A stretch of DNA of 44,717 nucleotides, taken from the NCBI GenBank assembly GCA_032718475.1, contig JAUCBJ010008457.1:1-44717 (forward strand), written 5' to 3'. Made by a program: the position numbers and the translations under genes. This DNA is from Nemertoderma westbladi (Eukaryota > Animalia > Xenacoelomorpha). Of the stretch, positions 10,780-22,095 are shown piece by piece. Below the pieces are notes generated by a model. The model made no database searches. It saw only the letters and a list, made by a program, of their open reading frames with translations, and was not told the DNA's origin. Position 1 is the stretch's first letter. Each line of letters begins with the position of its first letter.

Positions 10780-13485
10780 TTAGTCTTTCTTGCGTGGACG
10801 GCGTTTACACAGTTTTTTAAAGCTGGCCAGAGTCTTTTCCTCTTTGGGGCGAGCCACTTTACAAGGAGGGCTATAACTCCTGGGTGAAGGGTGCAATATG
10901 ATTGCATCAGAGGGTGTAGGATTATGGTCGGTGTATCCGCCGGTCGAAGTGCCGGGTTGGTTGACATCAACGTCGGGGGAGAGGGGTCTAACGGCCTTTA
11001 GAGCGCGTTTTAGGACGGCCGCTCTTAAGGGTCCTTTACGAGTGGTCTGAACGAGAGCCGTGGGTGGACCATAGGCAGTCAGAAACTTCCTGGGTTTAAT
11101 GGTTCTTTCCAACTCGCGTTCGCGGGCTCGGTATTCGTAAGGCCGTCGATATACTTCCTGTAACTCGGGGTGTGAGTTAACAAATAAGTCTCCATAGTCC
11201 GGATCCTGACGGATAAAATTGATTAAGTTATAGGAATGAAGGTCGCTAGGATTAACACTCCTGAGAAATTTGCGTACGAATTTGGTTGAAATACATTCTC
11301 CGACGCGCTTCAGTAGTTCGTAACTCGATATGCGTGATTTCTGTTCGACAGAAGCGAATAGATAAGGATGGAACGCATAAACTCCTTCGTAAGCGCGTCC
11401 AGGATAATAGCGATGGCGCGAATCACAATGTAAATCAGCGTTCGCTTCCCAAGCTCTGATGTAACGTAGTGTGATCATTTCATCTACGCTTTCCAAATCG
11501 TGATTAAAAGGGCAATCGAAACTGGCGTGTCCCTTTAGTTGACAATGGTGACATTGAGTCATAAATTGAGGGCAAACCGCAAAAATATGCAAGTTATTGA
11601 GTCTGCAATATGCGCAATAAATTTCCATCGCCAGTTGTTCGTGAAAATAGGAACAGCGGACGTTTGTGTCCATGGGCGTAACATGGTCTCTCGATGCGCA
11701 TAACCGACAACGTTGCCGAGAAACATAGTTGGCATGGCGATAATCGTACGCAGTGAGACACTGTGGACCTTGATACCATTCTAGGATGTAATCGTTGTCG
11801 CTGTTCCGGGGCGCGATAGGCTGAATCTCCTCAGATTCTAGGCATATTGGTTCGTCTTCCCAGTGCATAGCTGAGGTGGGCGTGTCTGTCTCTTCAAGTG
11901 GACCTATTGTCTGAATTTCCACGACAGAATAACCGGTGGGGATTCGAGGTCTTTGTATAACAGAGGAGTGCAAGTTCGATATACAAATCTCTTTGAAAAT
12001 GGCAAATCCAGCGCTATCTAACTTCTCTGCAGCTGAGTTTCTTAGGCTGAGCTTGGTCAAAGCGCGGTCTTTAAATTGGCTATCCACGTTGCGGAACGGG
12101 GTTAAAAATCGCCGGAAACATTCGAAGCGGATGAATTTATTATGTTCATCTAGCTTAGCGAGTTTGGTCCCAAGTATTAATGGATGGGCGCGTATAGTAC
12201 GACTGCACACATCGGCTAGCCAACCGGAAAGTGCGGTGTTTTCAAAGATCGTGTAGATAGCTAAGGAGGGACGGAGTGGAACACTCATGAAGCTATACAC
12301 GGCGCCAGGTGCGGTCAATGGTCCATCAAAGTATAATCGAGAATAATGGTCTCCGTATACTTGTTGATAGTTGATGGGATTTCCGACTTTGAAATTCCAT
12401 CCGTATTCCTGAAAGGCAAGATGTCCGATGGAAGTTCGTTGCACCTTTGTAATGTTGCTGGACGTATTAGCATACATGGTGCGAAAGAAACCTCGACCTT
12501 CTGCCCAGGGAGCAATCAGCTGCGTATCCACGAAAGGATATGGGATATTTTCCATATTCCGAAAGTCGTTTTGGAGATCTCCATAAACAGCTGAGCCGAT
12601 TTTAAGGATTCTTTCGTTGAACAACATCTCGAGTACGGGCTGGGGTAACATCGATCCATTGATACCCATGGCCGGTTTGCGTTCGGTGTCAATGACGTAA
12701 CGCTGCGCGAGTTCGAATTGTCCATGTCGGAGATTCTTTTGCGTTTCGGTGAGAGTTTCAAAGGAATAATCAATCACGTCGGAACACGCTCGAGTAAACA
12801 CGTGGGTAGAACCAGCTAATCCGCGTATGTGGATCATGCGCGTAGTTCCTAGTTCTCCGACCGGAACGCTACCTTCATTATCGTAGGTGACAACTCCATA
12901 CATCTCAATGACATTAAGAGTTTCATTCCACTCTTTGGTGGCGTTCTCTAGGGTCATCCCTACTGGATGCCACAAGGTGGCGCATTGGTTAGCGTCAGGG
13001 AGATCACTATACTTCATGTGCCGAGTGGTATACGTCTCCACATTTCCATATCTTTGTATTTTCTCTTCTTCAAATAATACATCTAGATTCCAATGGACTA
13101 ATCGAGTTTTAATAAATCCATCGAGATTATAAGGAGGTTCTATATCCTTCTCGATTCGAGAAATGTTATATGGTTTTCTGAATGAGTTTACCTTTACTAA
13201 CTGATCCAGATGTTTCTGCAATTGTTCGAGTTCGAAAACGTCTAGAGGATTTATTAGTGGTAGAAACTTTAAATTATGCGTCGGGTCTTCTGGTTTTACC
13301 ATATAATATTGAGTCAGATTAACGTAATAAGGGTGGTCTTTGATCCCATAGAACGAGTTCTGTAAAGGTCTAGCGCGTATGTTGACATCATGTACCATAC
13401 GACGGACAAGATCCGCTCGATTGTCCGGAGGTTCAACGAGTATACCGTCAACACGAGCAGCCTCGATTGGCGGACGCTGTAACAT
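10780..13485 (-). CDS. Element-encoded 901-aa protein: DEDDy (WRN/EXD/mut-7/RNase D-like) 3'-5' exonuclease domain, three CCHC zinc knuckles and a basic C-terminus
   Basis: Exo I VVTYDNEG (D202/E204). LPQPVLEMLFNERILKIGSAVYGDLQNDF...FVDTQL matches the WRN-exo pattern LP..L...l....ilKvG....D......vDl (D303). TSIGHLAFQEYG fits SL..L....lG. Exo III-like PLRPSLAIYTIFE (Y411/E415). Knuckles CRLCASRDH..C, CAYCRLNNLHIFAVC, CHHCQLKGHASFDC. Tail FKKLCKRRPRKKD. No signal peptide or TM segment evident. Confidence 0.8.
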   Translation of the reverse strand: MLQRPPIEAARVDGILVEPPDNRADLVRRMVHDVNIRARPLQNSFYGIKDHPYYVNLTQYYMVKPEDPTHNLKFLPLINPLDVFELEQLQKHLDQLVKVNSFRKPYNISRIEKDIEPPYNLDGFIKTRLVHWNLDVLFEEEKIQRYGNVETYTTRHMKYSDLPDANQCATLWHPVGMTLENATKEWNETLNVIEMYGVVTYDNEGSVPVGELGTTRMIHIRGLAGSTHVFTRACSDVIDYSFETLTETQKNLRHGQFELAQRYVIDTERKPAMGINGSMLPQPVLEMLFNERILKIGSAVYGDLQNDFRNMENIPYPFVDTQLIAPWAEGRGFFRTMYANTSSNITKVQRTSIGHLAFQEYGWNFKVGNPINYQQVYGDHYSRLYFDGPLTAPGAVYSFMSVPLRPSLAIYTIFENTALSGWLADVCSRTIRAHPLILGTKLAKLDEHNKFIRFECFRRFLTPFRNVDSQFKDRALTKLSLRNSAAEKLDSAGFAIFKEICISNLHSSVIQRPRIPTGYSVVEIQTIGPLEETDTPTSAMHWEDEPICLESEEIQPIAPRNSDNDYILEWYQGPQCLTAYDYRHANYVSRQRCRLCASRDHVTPMDTNVRCSYFHEQLAMEIYCAYCRLNNLHIFAVCPQFMTQCHHCQLKGHASFDCPFNHDLESVDEMITLRYIRAWEANADLHCDSRHRYYPGRAYEGVYAFHPYLFASVEQKSRISSYELLKRVGECISTKFVRKFLRSVNPSDLHSYNLINFIRQDPDYGDLFVNSHPELQEVYRRPYEYRARERELERTIKPRKFLTAYGPPTALVQTTRKGPLRAAVLKRALKAVRPLSPDVDVNQPGTSTGGYTDHNPTPSDAIILHPSPRSYSPPCKVARPKEEKTLASFKKLCKRRPRKKD

Positions 13486-13815
13486 AGGGGCGTCAGCGAT
13501 AAGATTTTGTGATCCTGTATGATATCAACCGGTTGGGGTTGTATCGTCGCGAAGAGTTTGTCTCCGAAATGTGGAACCATCGAGGGATGACGGACGGTTT
13601 TAGAGTAGAGATCTGTCATAAGGATTTGAGCTTCGGGTTGGGCTAAAGCGGCTTCTTCTCTCTCGTCCAATTTAGTGTGTTTCTCCTCGAGTAGATTTTC
13701 CTCCGCTTGTCTCAAACACAATTTTATTCCAGAGAATGTCTGGGGACCTAGGATCCTTAATTCTATAAAATTGTCTTTTAAGAGTATCGGTAAGCGCTGC
13801 GATATCTTAATTGAC
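13314..13815 (-). other. Upstream overlapping reading frame; possible N-terminal part of the extra ORF joined by frameshift or splicing
   Basis: ORF 13314-13721 stays open upstream to an acceptor-like ttttctAG near 13816. It overlaps the 901-aa ORF start in a different frame, and that ORF has a stop 14 codons upstream of its ATG. Confidence 0.35.
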
Positions 13816-14522
13816 TAGAAATTTTAAAGGATCTGAATTTTACAGATTTTAATAAATATTAATTAATATTTAAGATGGGCACCGATTTATTCCAGAACTT
13901 GTCTGGGGACGTTAACCACTGATTCTAGAATTTGTCTTTCAAGTATATCGGTGGGTGCCGCGATATCTTAATCGACTAAAATTACAGATGGTCAAAAGGT
14001 TTAACAGATTTATTTGCGTTTTACGCTACTGTTATAGGGACATCACGCTACTATATGTATTATTTAATATAAAGTAGAAGAGCAATATCGCACGAAGCAA
14101 TGTCAGTGTGAAGAGGCAAGTCGTTTCCAAGGTCTACCCAGAGCTTGGTTTAGCCGAGACACGAGGATCTGAACTTTGCATTCCTAATACTCTGCCTACC
14201 AATAATACTTAAATATAGTAGGAGCTTTATTGTACTTTAATAAGTACTGACATGTCATCTTACTGTAGTCTCGTATTTATAATATAATACGGACAGTAAG
14301 GAAAAAGAAAGAATTATTTCTCGCCGTCATATTAAATATATATTATGTGTAATTACGTAATAAACACTAATATATTGCACTAACCTACTAAATAATCTAA
14401 AATAACATTCTACTAAATAAAATTAAATAAAATGATTATAATAAAGTACATAATAACGTTCGCATATAAAAATATAATAAAAATAGATAGAATAATATAG
14501 TCATGCACCCACTCCAGACGTA

Positions 14523-17500
14523 TCATGTTGGGGAGTCCCTAGATGTTTGAGGAATTAGGGAGGTGGTCGTGGGAAGAGTGTCTTGCCTTCCATAGTTTCC
14601 GGAGAGTTCTCGGTCTCTTTCCAGTAAACATAAACGACCAACTGGGCGGTTGAGCTGTTGCGTCTCAAAGATTATGCCTGGCTTCTTGAAGTTACGCCGC
14701 ATGACGACGAGTTCTACCGAGCACAATAAACCATCGTCCGAGATGTGAGTCTCGATGATACGACCTGTCTGCCACCGTTTACGTGGAAGGTCTGAATCTA
14801 CAATAAGCACCATATCTCCGGCGCTGACGTTTTCTTGCTGCGCAAACCACTTAGTTCGAAGTTGTAGCGTGGGCAGATAATGTTTCTCGAAATGGTCAGC
14901 GAAATGACGGGATAGCAACTGCATAAGTTGCCAAGTTCAACGGCAGTATTCGTCTCCGTCGGCAATCTCCGATCGAGGGAGCATGGCTACAGGTTTCTTC
15001 AGTAGAAAGTGCGCGGTTGTTAGCGCTTCCAGGGAATCGGGACTCGATGAGACTGGCATAAGCGGTCTCACGTTGAGATAGGCAGCTATTTCCTCCATTA
15101 ACGTCCGCAAAAGTTCGTCGGTGAGATACGCGCGGCATGGCACTATAAAGTGAAATGCGGTCTTGACACTTCTAATTAATCTCTCCCAACTTCCTCCCCA
15201 CCAAGGGGCGTCGGCGGCGTTGAAGGTCCAGCTAGACGCTGTTATCCTTAGCTGATCGTCCACCTGTCTTTGGTTCCAGTCCTTCACGTAAGCCTGGATT
15301 TCGTTGTTGGCACCAATGAAGTTCGTTCCCTTATCCGATCTCATGGTATTACTAGTCCCGAAGCGAGCGATCTGTCGGCGTAAACTTAAGACGAAGCTGT
15401 TGGTAGATAGATCGTTCACCATATCGAGATGGATGGCTCTACAAGTCATGCATACGAAGATGACACACCATCTCTTGACTATAGTCCTAGCACGATATAC
15501 TTCAATAGGGCCAAATAAATCTACACCAGTATTAGTAAAAGGTGGTTCATAGAAGCTTACTCGTTCCCTAGGTAATTCTGCCTCTCGCTGTGTTAAAGGC
15601 CTACTGAATGCTTTCCTACAGGGTATGCAGTTCCTAAGAACTTGGTTCAGAGCTCTACGGGGTTTATAAAAATAATAGCGAGTTCGGATTTCGCTAAGAA
15701 CTCGTTCTCTACCAGCATGATAAAGTTTACTGTGAACATCTACAATCATCTTGATTTGTACTTCAAGATTTCTAATGAGTATGGGGAATTTAGTGTCAAA
15801 GGATATTGGCGCATTGGTGAGTCTTCCTCCAACACGTATTAACCCATCTATCATTGTGCTAGAGAAGCGATCCCTTAATCGCATCTGCGGATTACTCAAC
15901 AACAGGAAATACTTATCGGAATCCTCATAGCATTGCAGGAGTCTCAGTATCTGCTTATTGGTTTCTTCATGCTCCTGGTAACTGATTTTCTCCTTTAGGA
16001 ACCGGTCGGATGTCTTATATTTGGGTAAATTTTTAATAACATGAACTTGCGCAGATGTCAATGGAGCGGTATCACTAATGGTCTTCGTCTTGGAGTAGTG
16101 ATGATGAAAACATCTCCTTAAATATGTGACGGCTTTACAGAGCCGATTCCAGGAACTGTAGTGATGCATTGCTCTCTGCAGCAGGGGTGAGATTCTTTGC
16201 GAGACGTCTGGTATTCCAGATTTCCAATCTCTATCTCTAATTTCCACAACAGACTTATTTGTGGCGAGGGATTGTGGATCCGAAGCATCGTTTCCGGAAG
16301 TATGTAATACAGATAGATCGATCGTCGGTTTAAATAACTTCGATTTACTCGCCCGGGTTTTAGGTTTGACTTTCTCCGCTCCCTTGGCTTGTCTAATCTC
16401 CGCCGTAGTAAGGTGAGGAGGCCATTCATCCTCTTCCTTACTCAGGAAGTCGGGTCCACCCAACCAGTCTGGAGTATCTATCAGTTCCTGTGGAGTCGCT
16501 CCCCTGGAGGCGATATCGGCTGGATTAATCGTACCAGGGCAATGTCTCCATTGATCTATCTTTGTGCGACTAAGAATAATAGCTACCCTGTTAGTAACAA
16601 AAACGCTGAACTGACAGACTTCATTGGTTATATACTCCAACACGAGTAAAGCGTCGGTCCAATAAACAGTTTTCTCCAGTGGATAGTCGATTTGTTCTGT
16701 TACATTCCGGCCGATGGCTGTAGCGTATAAAGCCGCTTTTAACTCCGCTCGAGGAACCTTTAACTTGTTGTTAATCAATGCCTTAGAGGTAACCAAGGCG
16801 ACTTTGATTCCATCCGGAGTTTCGACTCGCAGATATGCTACTATACCTATTCCCATGTCGCTGGCGTCTCCAAACACATGGAGTTGATAGGAATACGTAG
16901 GGAGAACATGACCAAAATATGCACGGGAAATTACAAAGCTCTCGATGGCAGGTAGAGAATCTTCCCATTTCATCCACCTCGTTAACAGTTCTCCCTTAAG
17001 TGGATCGTCCCATGAGTGGTTTTCAAGCCACATTTGTTGTACTAAACTCCGAGCAATCAATATAACTGGGCTAATAAATCCCAATGGGTCGAAATAAGTG
17101 CTCAGGATACTTAAACAAATCCGTTTGGTCCGAACTGGATTATCTCGCTGTTTTAGCTGAAAAAACAGGATATCTCTTTCTGTGTCCCACTTCAAGCCAA
17201 GCGTCTTGGTTTCTGGAAGATCGTCCTTTATTAAGTCTAGGTCTTTCGTTCCTCGGTCTTCTACCGGTATCACTTCCAGAAACTCACGGGAGTTCCTGGT
17301 GAATTTCGTCAGTCGAAATCCACCTCTTTTCAAACACTCTACTGTTCCTTTCGCGACATCAATGGCTTCTTCTACTGATGGAAGGGACTTTAAATTGTCG
17401 TCCATGTATATATCGCGCTTGATGTTGTCTATCACCTCTTTGGAGAAGGCGTCTCGGTTGTCATTCGCAGTGGTCCGCACCACGGAGCAGGCGTTGGAAG

Positions 17501-18900
17501 GGCTTGATATGATCCCAAAAGCCTGGATGGTCATCCAGTACTCTACCGGTTTCTGGTTGAGATCTCCTTCAGGCCACCACAGAAATCTTAGGCTGTCTCT
17601 ATCTCTATCCAGCGCCTTGACTTGTAAGAACATTCCTTCTATATCGGAGGCGAACGCGATGGAATATTGTCTTAATCTTAAAAGTATTCCCAACAAAGAT
17701 TGGAGTAAGTTGGGTCCTGGTAACAACTCGGAATTGAGGGATTGGCCCATATATAGAGCGGAGCCATCGAATACGACTCGTACTTCATGGGGTTTACCGG
17801 GTTTGGGAACGTAATGATGTGTTAAGTAATACGTTCTCTCAGTTACTGGTGTTCCTTCCAGTACTCACTCCGCGTATCCCTTTGTAATAAATTTCTTCAA
17901 CTGAGTTTGGTACATTTCTTTAGCTGAAGCATTAGCCGAAAGGCGTCGATGTAATTGAGTGATTCTTTTCTCTGCCAAGGGTCTGTTATTTATAAATCTA
18001 GGTTCTCGTTTTCGAAATGGTTGGCCGATTTCATATCTACCTTGATCTTTTAAAAAACGTGTAGTTGTTTCCTGGATTTGCTTGGCTCTTTCTTCTTCTA
18101 TCGATACGGCCTTATCGTATGAATTGGGCTCTACCAATTCTTGAGTAAAGAATCGTACGGCGAGTTCGTCCCGAGTTCTAGCGTTGTAGCGCTCTATCTC
18201 ATCATTTAGTTCGTCATTGTAATCAATGGGTCCCGATGGGCGAATCAGTTGACATAGGTTCACCTGGTTTTTCCAAGTTTTGTTTTCTGTAAGTAGGTCG
18301 ATTGTGTTCTCTTCATCGAAGAGTTGGTAGATGTCGTCATTATCTGAGGAGTATGGTGTTCCCTCAGTTAGTTCGTCCACCTCACTGCTCTCCACTTCCC
18401 AATCATTTACTTGGTATATTCTTTCTTTCTTTGAGAGTTCTGCGGGAAGGGCCAGTAAAGTACCAACCTACTCTAGTTCTTACCGCATAGGTTTGTAGTG
18501 GCTGCGGTTGAGCAGGCCGTTTCTCCAATGTCTCGAGCGCCTCATGCGCGTTTTGGCCGATGAGTATTTGCACTCCAGAATAATCTGTCTGGAATTGAGG
18601 TATCTTAAGCTGTTGGATGCTCTCGTCCTCGTCCCAGTTATAAGGTTCTACTTGGGTAGTAGCGAAGTTCTTTATAGCCACCATTTTTACTGACCTTATA
18701 CTTTGTGCTCCTAATTTATCCTGGGGGGTGGACAACGCACCTACCTACATAGTAATCTGCCGTTATGGTAGATTTCCAAACCTGCATAATTCCGGACATA
18801 TTCAACTAAGTTTGGAATTTGGGTTGTCCAGCAAAGATATCTTCGGCTAGTTCTTGATCGATGAATGTTCCCGTGCTGCCGGAGTCAAGGAGGGCGTTCA
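14523..18900 (-). pseudogene. pol: BEL/Pao pol (aspartic protease, RT, RNase H, integrase, C-terminal DUF5641-like region), disrupted
   Basis: PR ALLDSGSTGTFI; RT VRVVFDGSA, SDIEGMFLQV, YMDD; RNase H LHVFGDASDMGIG, YWTD; IN H..H/C..C, GVDLFGP, RSDKGTNF, WERLIRSVK; C-terminal WQTGRIIETH.SDDG. Stops at 18806, 17865 and 14937; frameshifts at ~18745 (4-bp duplication) and ~18400. Confidence 0.93.
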
Positions 18901-21900
18901 CTATGTAACTTTTGTTAGGACCGTGAACTCTTACCTGCACTACAGGAAATTCTCTGATTCCTACGTTGGAAGTTGGATCTTTCCAAGATGGTTGTCTGTC
19001 AAAGGTAGTTGGGGGGAACTCATTGTCGGTGTCCTTTTCGTAAGTAAGTGCTCGATATACTGCGGTATTTATTAGGTAACAGGATTCGTTGGCGTCGGAG
19101 AATTCGTCAGTATAGAATCCTTCCATCTCAGACTCTTGATCAGTGTCATTTACATCACTGAATTGGACATGTAGTTCGGGCTCACTTACCTGACTCGGGT
19201 TGTTTCGTTCGAATTCACTGTGTAACAAGATGTGATGTTTCGCACCGCACTTTGCACACTTTACGTCGGAGTAACAGGTTCGCCGTTGGTGTCCTGGTCT
19301 GAGGCAATTATAGCATAACCGCTTATCCCACATGACTTCACGTCTGTCTACCAGGGATTTCTTTAGGAATTCAGCATATGCACTCAAACGGTGGGGCCCG
19401 TCGCACAGCGCACAGTTTGGTTTGATGTTACTCACCTTACCTTGGGTAACGTGATGCACTCTCGTTCTTTCTTCGGGCTTTCTTCCGTGCATTCTGTTAG
19501 GAGACTGAGGAGGAGTCTTGGCAACCTGTTCTCTCCTATCGTTGGTTCGAGCCTTGTATTTACTTACGTCTTTTGAGGTTTTGTTAACGTAGTAAAATCT
19601 GTCAGAGTCTTTTCCACTGTCCTCTTCTTGAGAAGCTTGGCTTTCGCCGTCGTCAGTGTAACACACTGGTGTTACTCTTCTCCTAGAAACGGGTTTCTCA
19701 CTTACCTTATTTTCCGATGTTTTCTCTCTGGACTGCTTTATGAGTTGTAGTTTTAATTCACCATCTAAGAAGGACATGAGATCAGCCATGGTAGGGCCTC
19801 GTCGTTGCTGCTCATTCATATACAACACTTTCTTATCCCAGCGTGTACATACTCCACCCTTTGGTAAAGTAGAGACTACGGCTCCAATAACCATGTAACT
19901 CTGATATTCATGAGACTTACCTAACCAGTCCAATTGTCTACAGATCTCCTGAATCTCAGGAGTTTCTACTTCACTAGCAGTATAGATGCGTGTAGGCTCC
20001 ACACCTTACGCATGTAATACTTCAGACCTAACAGGTTGACACAATGTTACAGGAGGTATTGGTATACCCTTTTGTATATTGACTAATTTGTCGCGTTCCA
20101 GCGCAATACTTTGCTGCACTTCTTGCAATTCTACCCTACTTTCCCTTACTGTTCCCTTGAGTTGGTGGACAGTCCCTTCTAAATCTCGGATCTGCTGTGA
20201 GGAACATTCTCGGTGCTCTATCAGCTGCCCGAGCAAGAGACCCATCTCCCGCCGTCCCTCATCAACCCACTCGACCGCCGAAGCAGGAGTCGCCAACATA
20301 GTAGCGGGCCGACGTGGGACGACGGGAGACAAATCTTTGATTTCTCTCTCGGCGTCAAGAACCGGGACATTCTCTGGGACTGCTCCACCGGGTGCAAACA
20401 GTTTCGTACTATGTAAAGGGAATTTGGTTGTAGGTTCGGGAAGTACAGGGGCCTCTCTCACCGAAAGGGTGTTTTCGATAACAGGCTTAACTATTTCAGG
20501 CTCATCTACTATTGTAGGGAGTCTTTTGACCTTAATAATTTGGTCTGTGGGTTCTGTACTACCTAAGTCTGTGCTAGCTAGTTGTCTTCTAACAGCTGGG
20601 GGCAAATCAGGCAATTTGTGACGGTGAGATGTTTTTCTACGCCTGCTTAGACGAGATCTATTTCCTCCGCCTTCAGGATCGGTGGTCTCGCCTTCCTCCG
20701 ATGATGTGTATCCTTGGCGCTTGGGAGTAGATCGACTCATCATCTGCATTTGACTAGCAGTTAACTGTTTATTTATGCAGTCTTGCGTCTCTTGAAGATT
20801 TTCCAACTCCAGTTGGGTGGTCTCTTCCGACGCTCTCTGTTCTGCTTCTGCCAATGCCATTGCTGCTGCTGCTTTTGCTGCTTCCACTGCCGCTGCCGCC
20901 TTTGCCGCTGCTACTGCCTTTCTGTCCTCTATACGTTTTTTCTTTACTTGTTCTTCTTGGACTCTAGCGAGCGGAGTTTTTCATCAAATTTAGCTTGGTT
21001 TGCAGCTAACATTTCCGCATCGATTGAGTCCAACACAAGCTTGGCTCCTTCACTATTGGGGCGAAGTCCAGCCAGTCGTCTCCTCAACTCTTCATCACCT
21101 AAGAAACGTTGATAGTCTGACAGATAGATGTCGATGGCGTCTCTCGTTCGCGGTCTCTCTGCTTTCACTTCGCTTTCCACTTGAGAAAAGGTGGCATCGG
21201 TTGATTCTTCATAGGTTGGTCGCTCAGCCAGCTGGGATTTCCACTGGGCCGTTTCTTGAACTTTGAGACCTATCCGCTGGAACCAAGTCTTGACAGCAAC
21301 TTGCAGCGACGTGTCCTGTCTTCTTTTGGAAGTTTCCTCAAAGGCTGATAGGATTAATCTAATGCGTAGGGTTCTTTCGCGTACTTGATAAAGCAGCTCT
21401 TCCTGCTCTTGAGGTCCTTGGGGTTGTCGAAACAGTTGTTCTTCTAATCGCTCTAAGGAGCCGAAGAATCCCTGCACATATCCTGCTGCCGACCTCTTCC
21501 AAACAGCTGGATCCATCGTATCTTTAGTCACTCCCATCCTGTGTATGTCTTCCCAGGTAGCTTCAGATAAGTCTAACGGGGATCCGGGTCCGGGAAAGTT
21601 CCATTGTGACTCGACAATAGACATCAATTCTTCCCTGGCGTATCCCGCATAACTATCTTGGGTCGCTCGCTTACTTCTCGCCCAATCGACTTGGTGTTCC
21701 TCCACCGCAATCAATATCGTTGTTAGTACTGCGGCAGGAAGAGTGAGAAGGGGATCCGAATAGGCTGTATCCGCCATCTTCACTCCGCGTTCGGGGGTCA
21801 GCTCTACAGTATCCGAACTACTGGAGCTATCGGGTCGCTGGGAACGAGTTTCTTGACTAGGATGTTGCTGCTGTTGGACAGCTGCTTCTTGGTTCCGTTT

Positions 21901-22095
21901 GACCTGGGCCCGAGTGCCGATGATAGACCTACGGTGTTGGATTAGCCTAGGGTCTGATACTACTACTGGAGGGATGACCTTTCTTTCAGTAGGAGGTGAG
22001 CTGAACCCTTTTCTTAATCGCTCCACACAACTATCTGTGTCACAGATGGTTGTATCGATTAGACTGTCTGACAGGTTTTGCTTAGTGTCAGACAT
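18901..22095 (-). pseudogene. gag: BEL/Pao gag, disrupted
   Basis: Coiled-coil N-terminal ORFs (20944-22095, 20006-20887) and the BEL triple knuckle CALCDGPH(RLSAY), CYNCLRPGHQRRTC, CAKCGAKHHILLH. Frameshift ~20940, stop at 20006. Confidence 0.88.

Noticed and set aside
10780-13485. Extra ORF as an envelope glycoprotein
   Set aside because: No signal peptide, transmembrane segment or fusion-protein Cys pattern; nuclease and zinc-knuckle motifs instead.
17182-17814. 210-aa plus-strand ORF and similar antisense ORFs (20079-20621, 36543-36950, 37953-38561)
   Set aside because: Antisense shadows of retroelement coding sequence.
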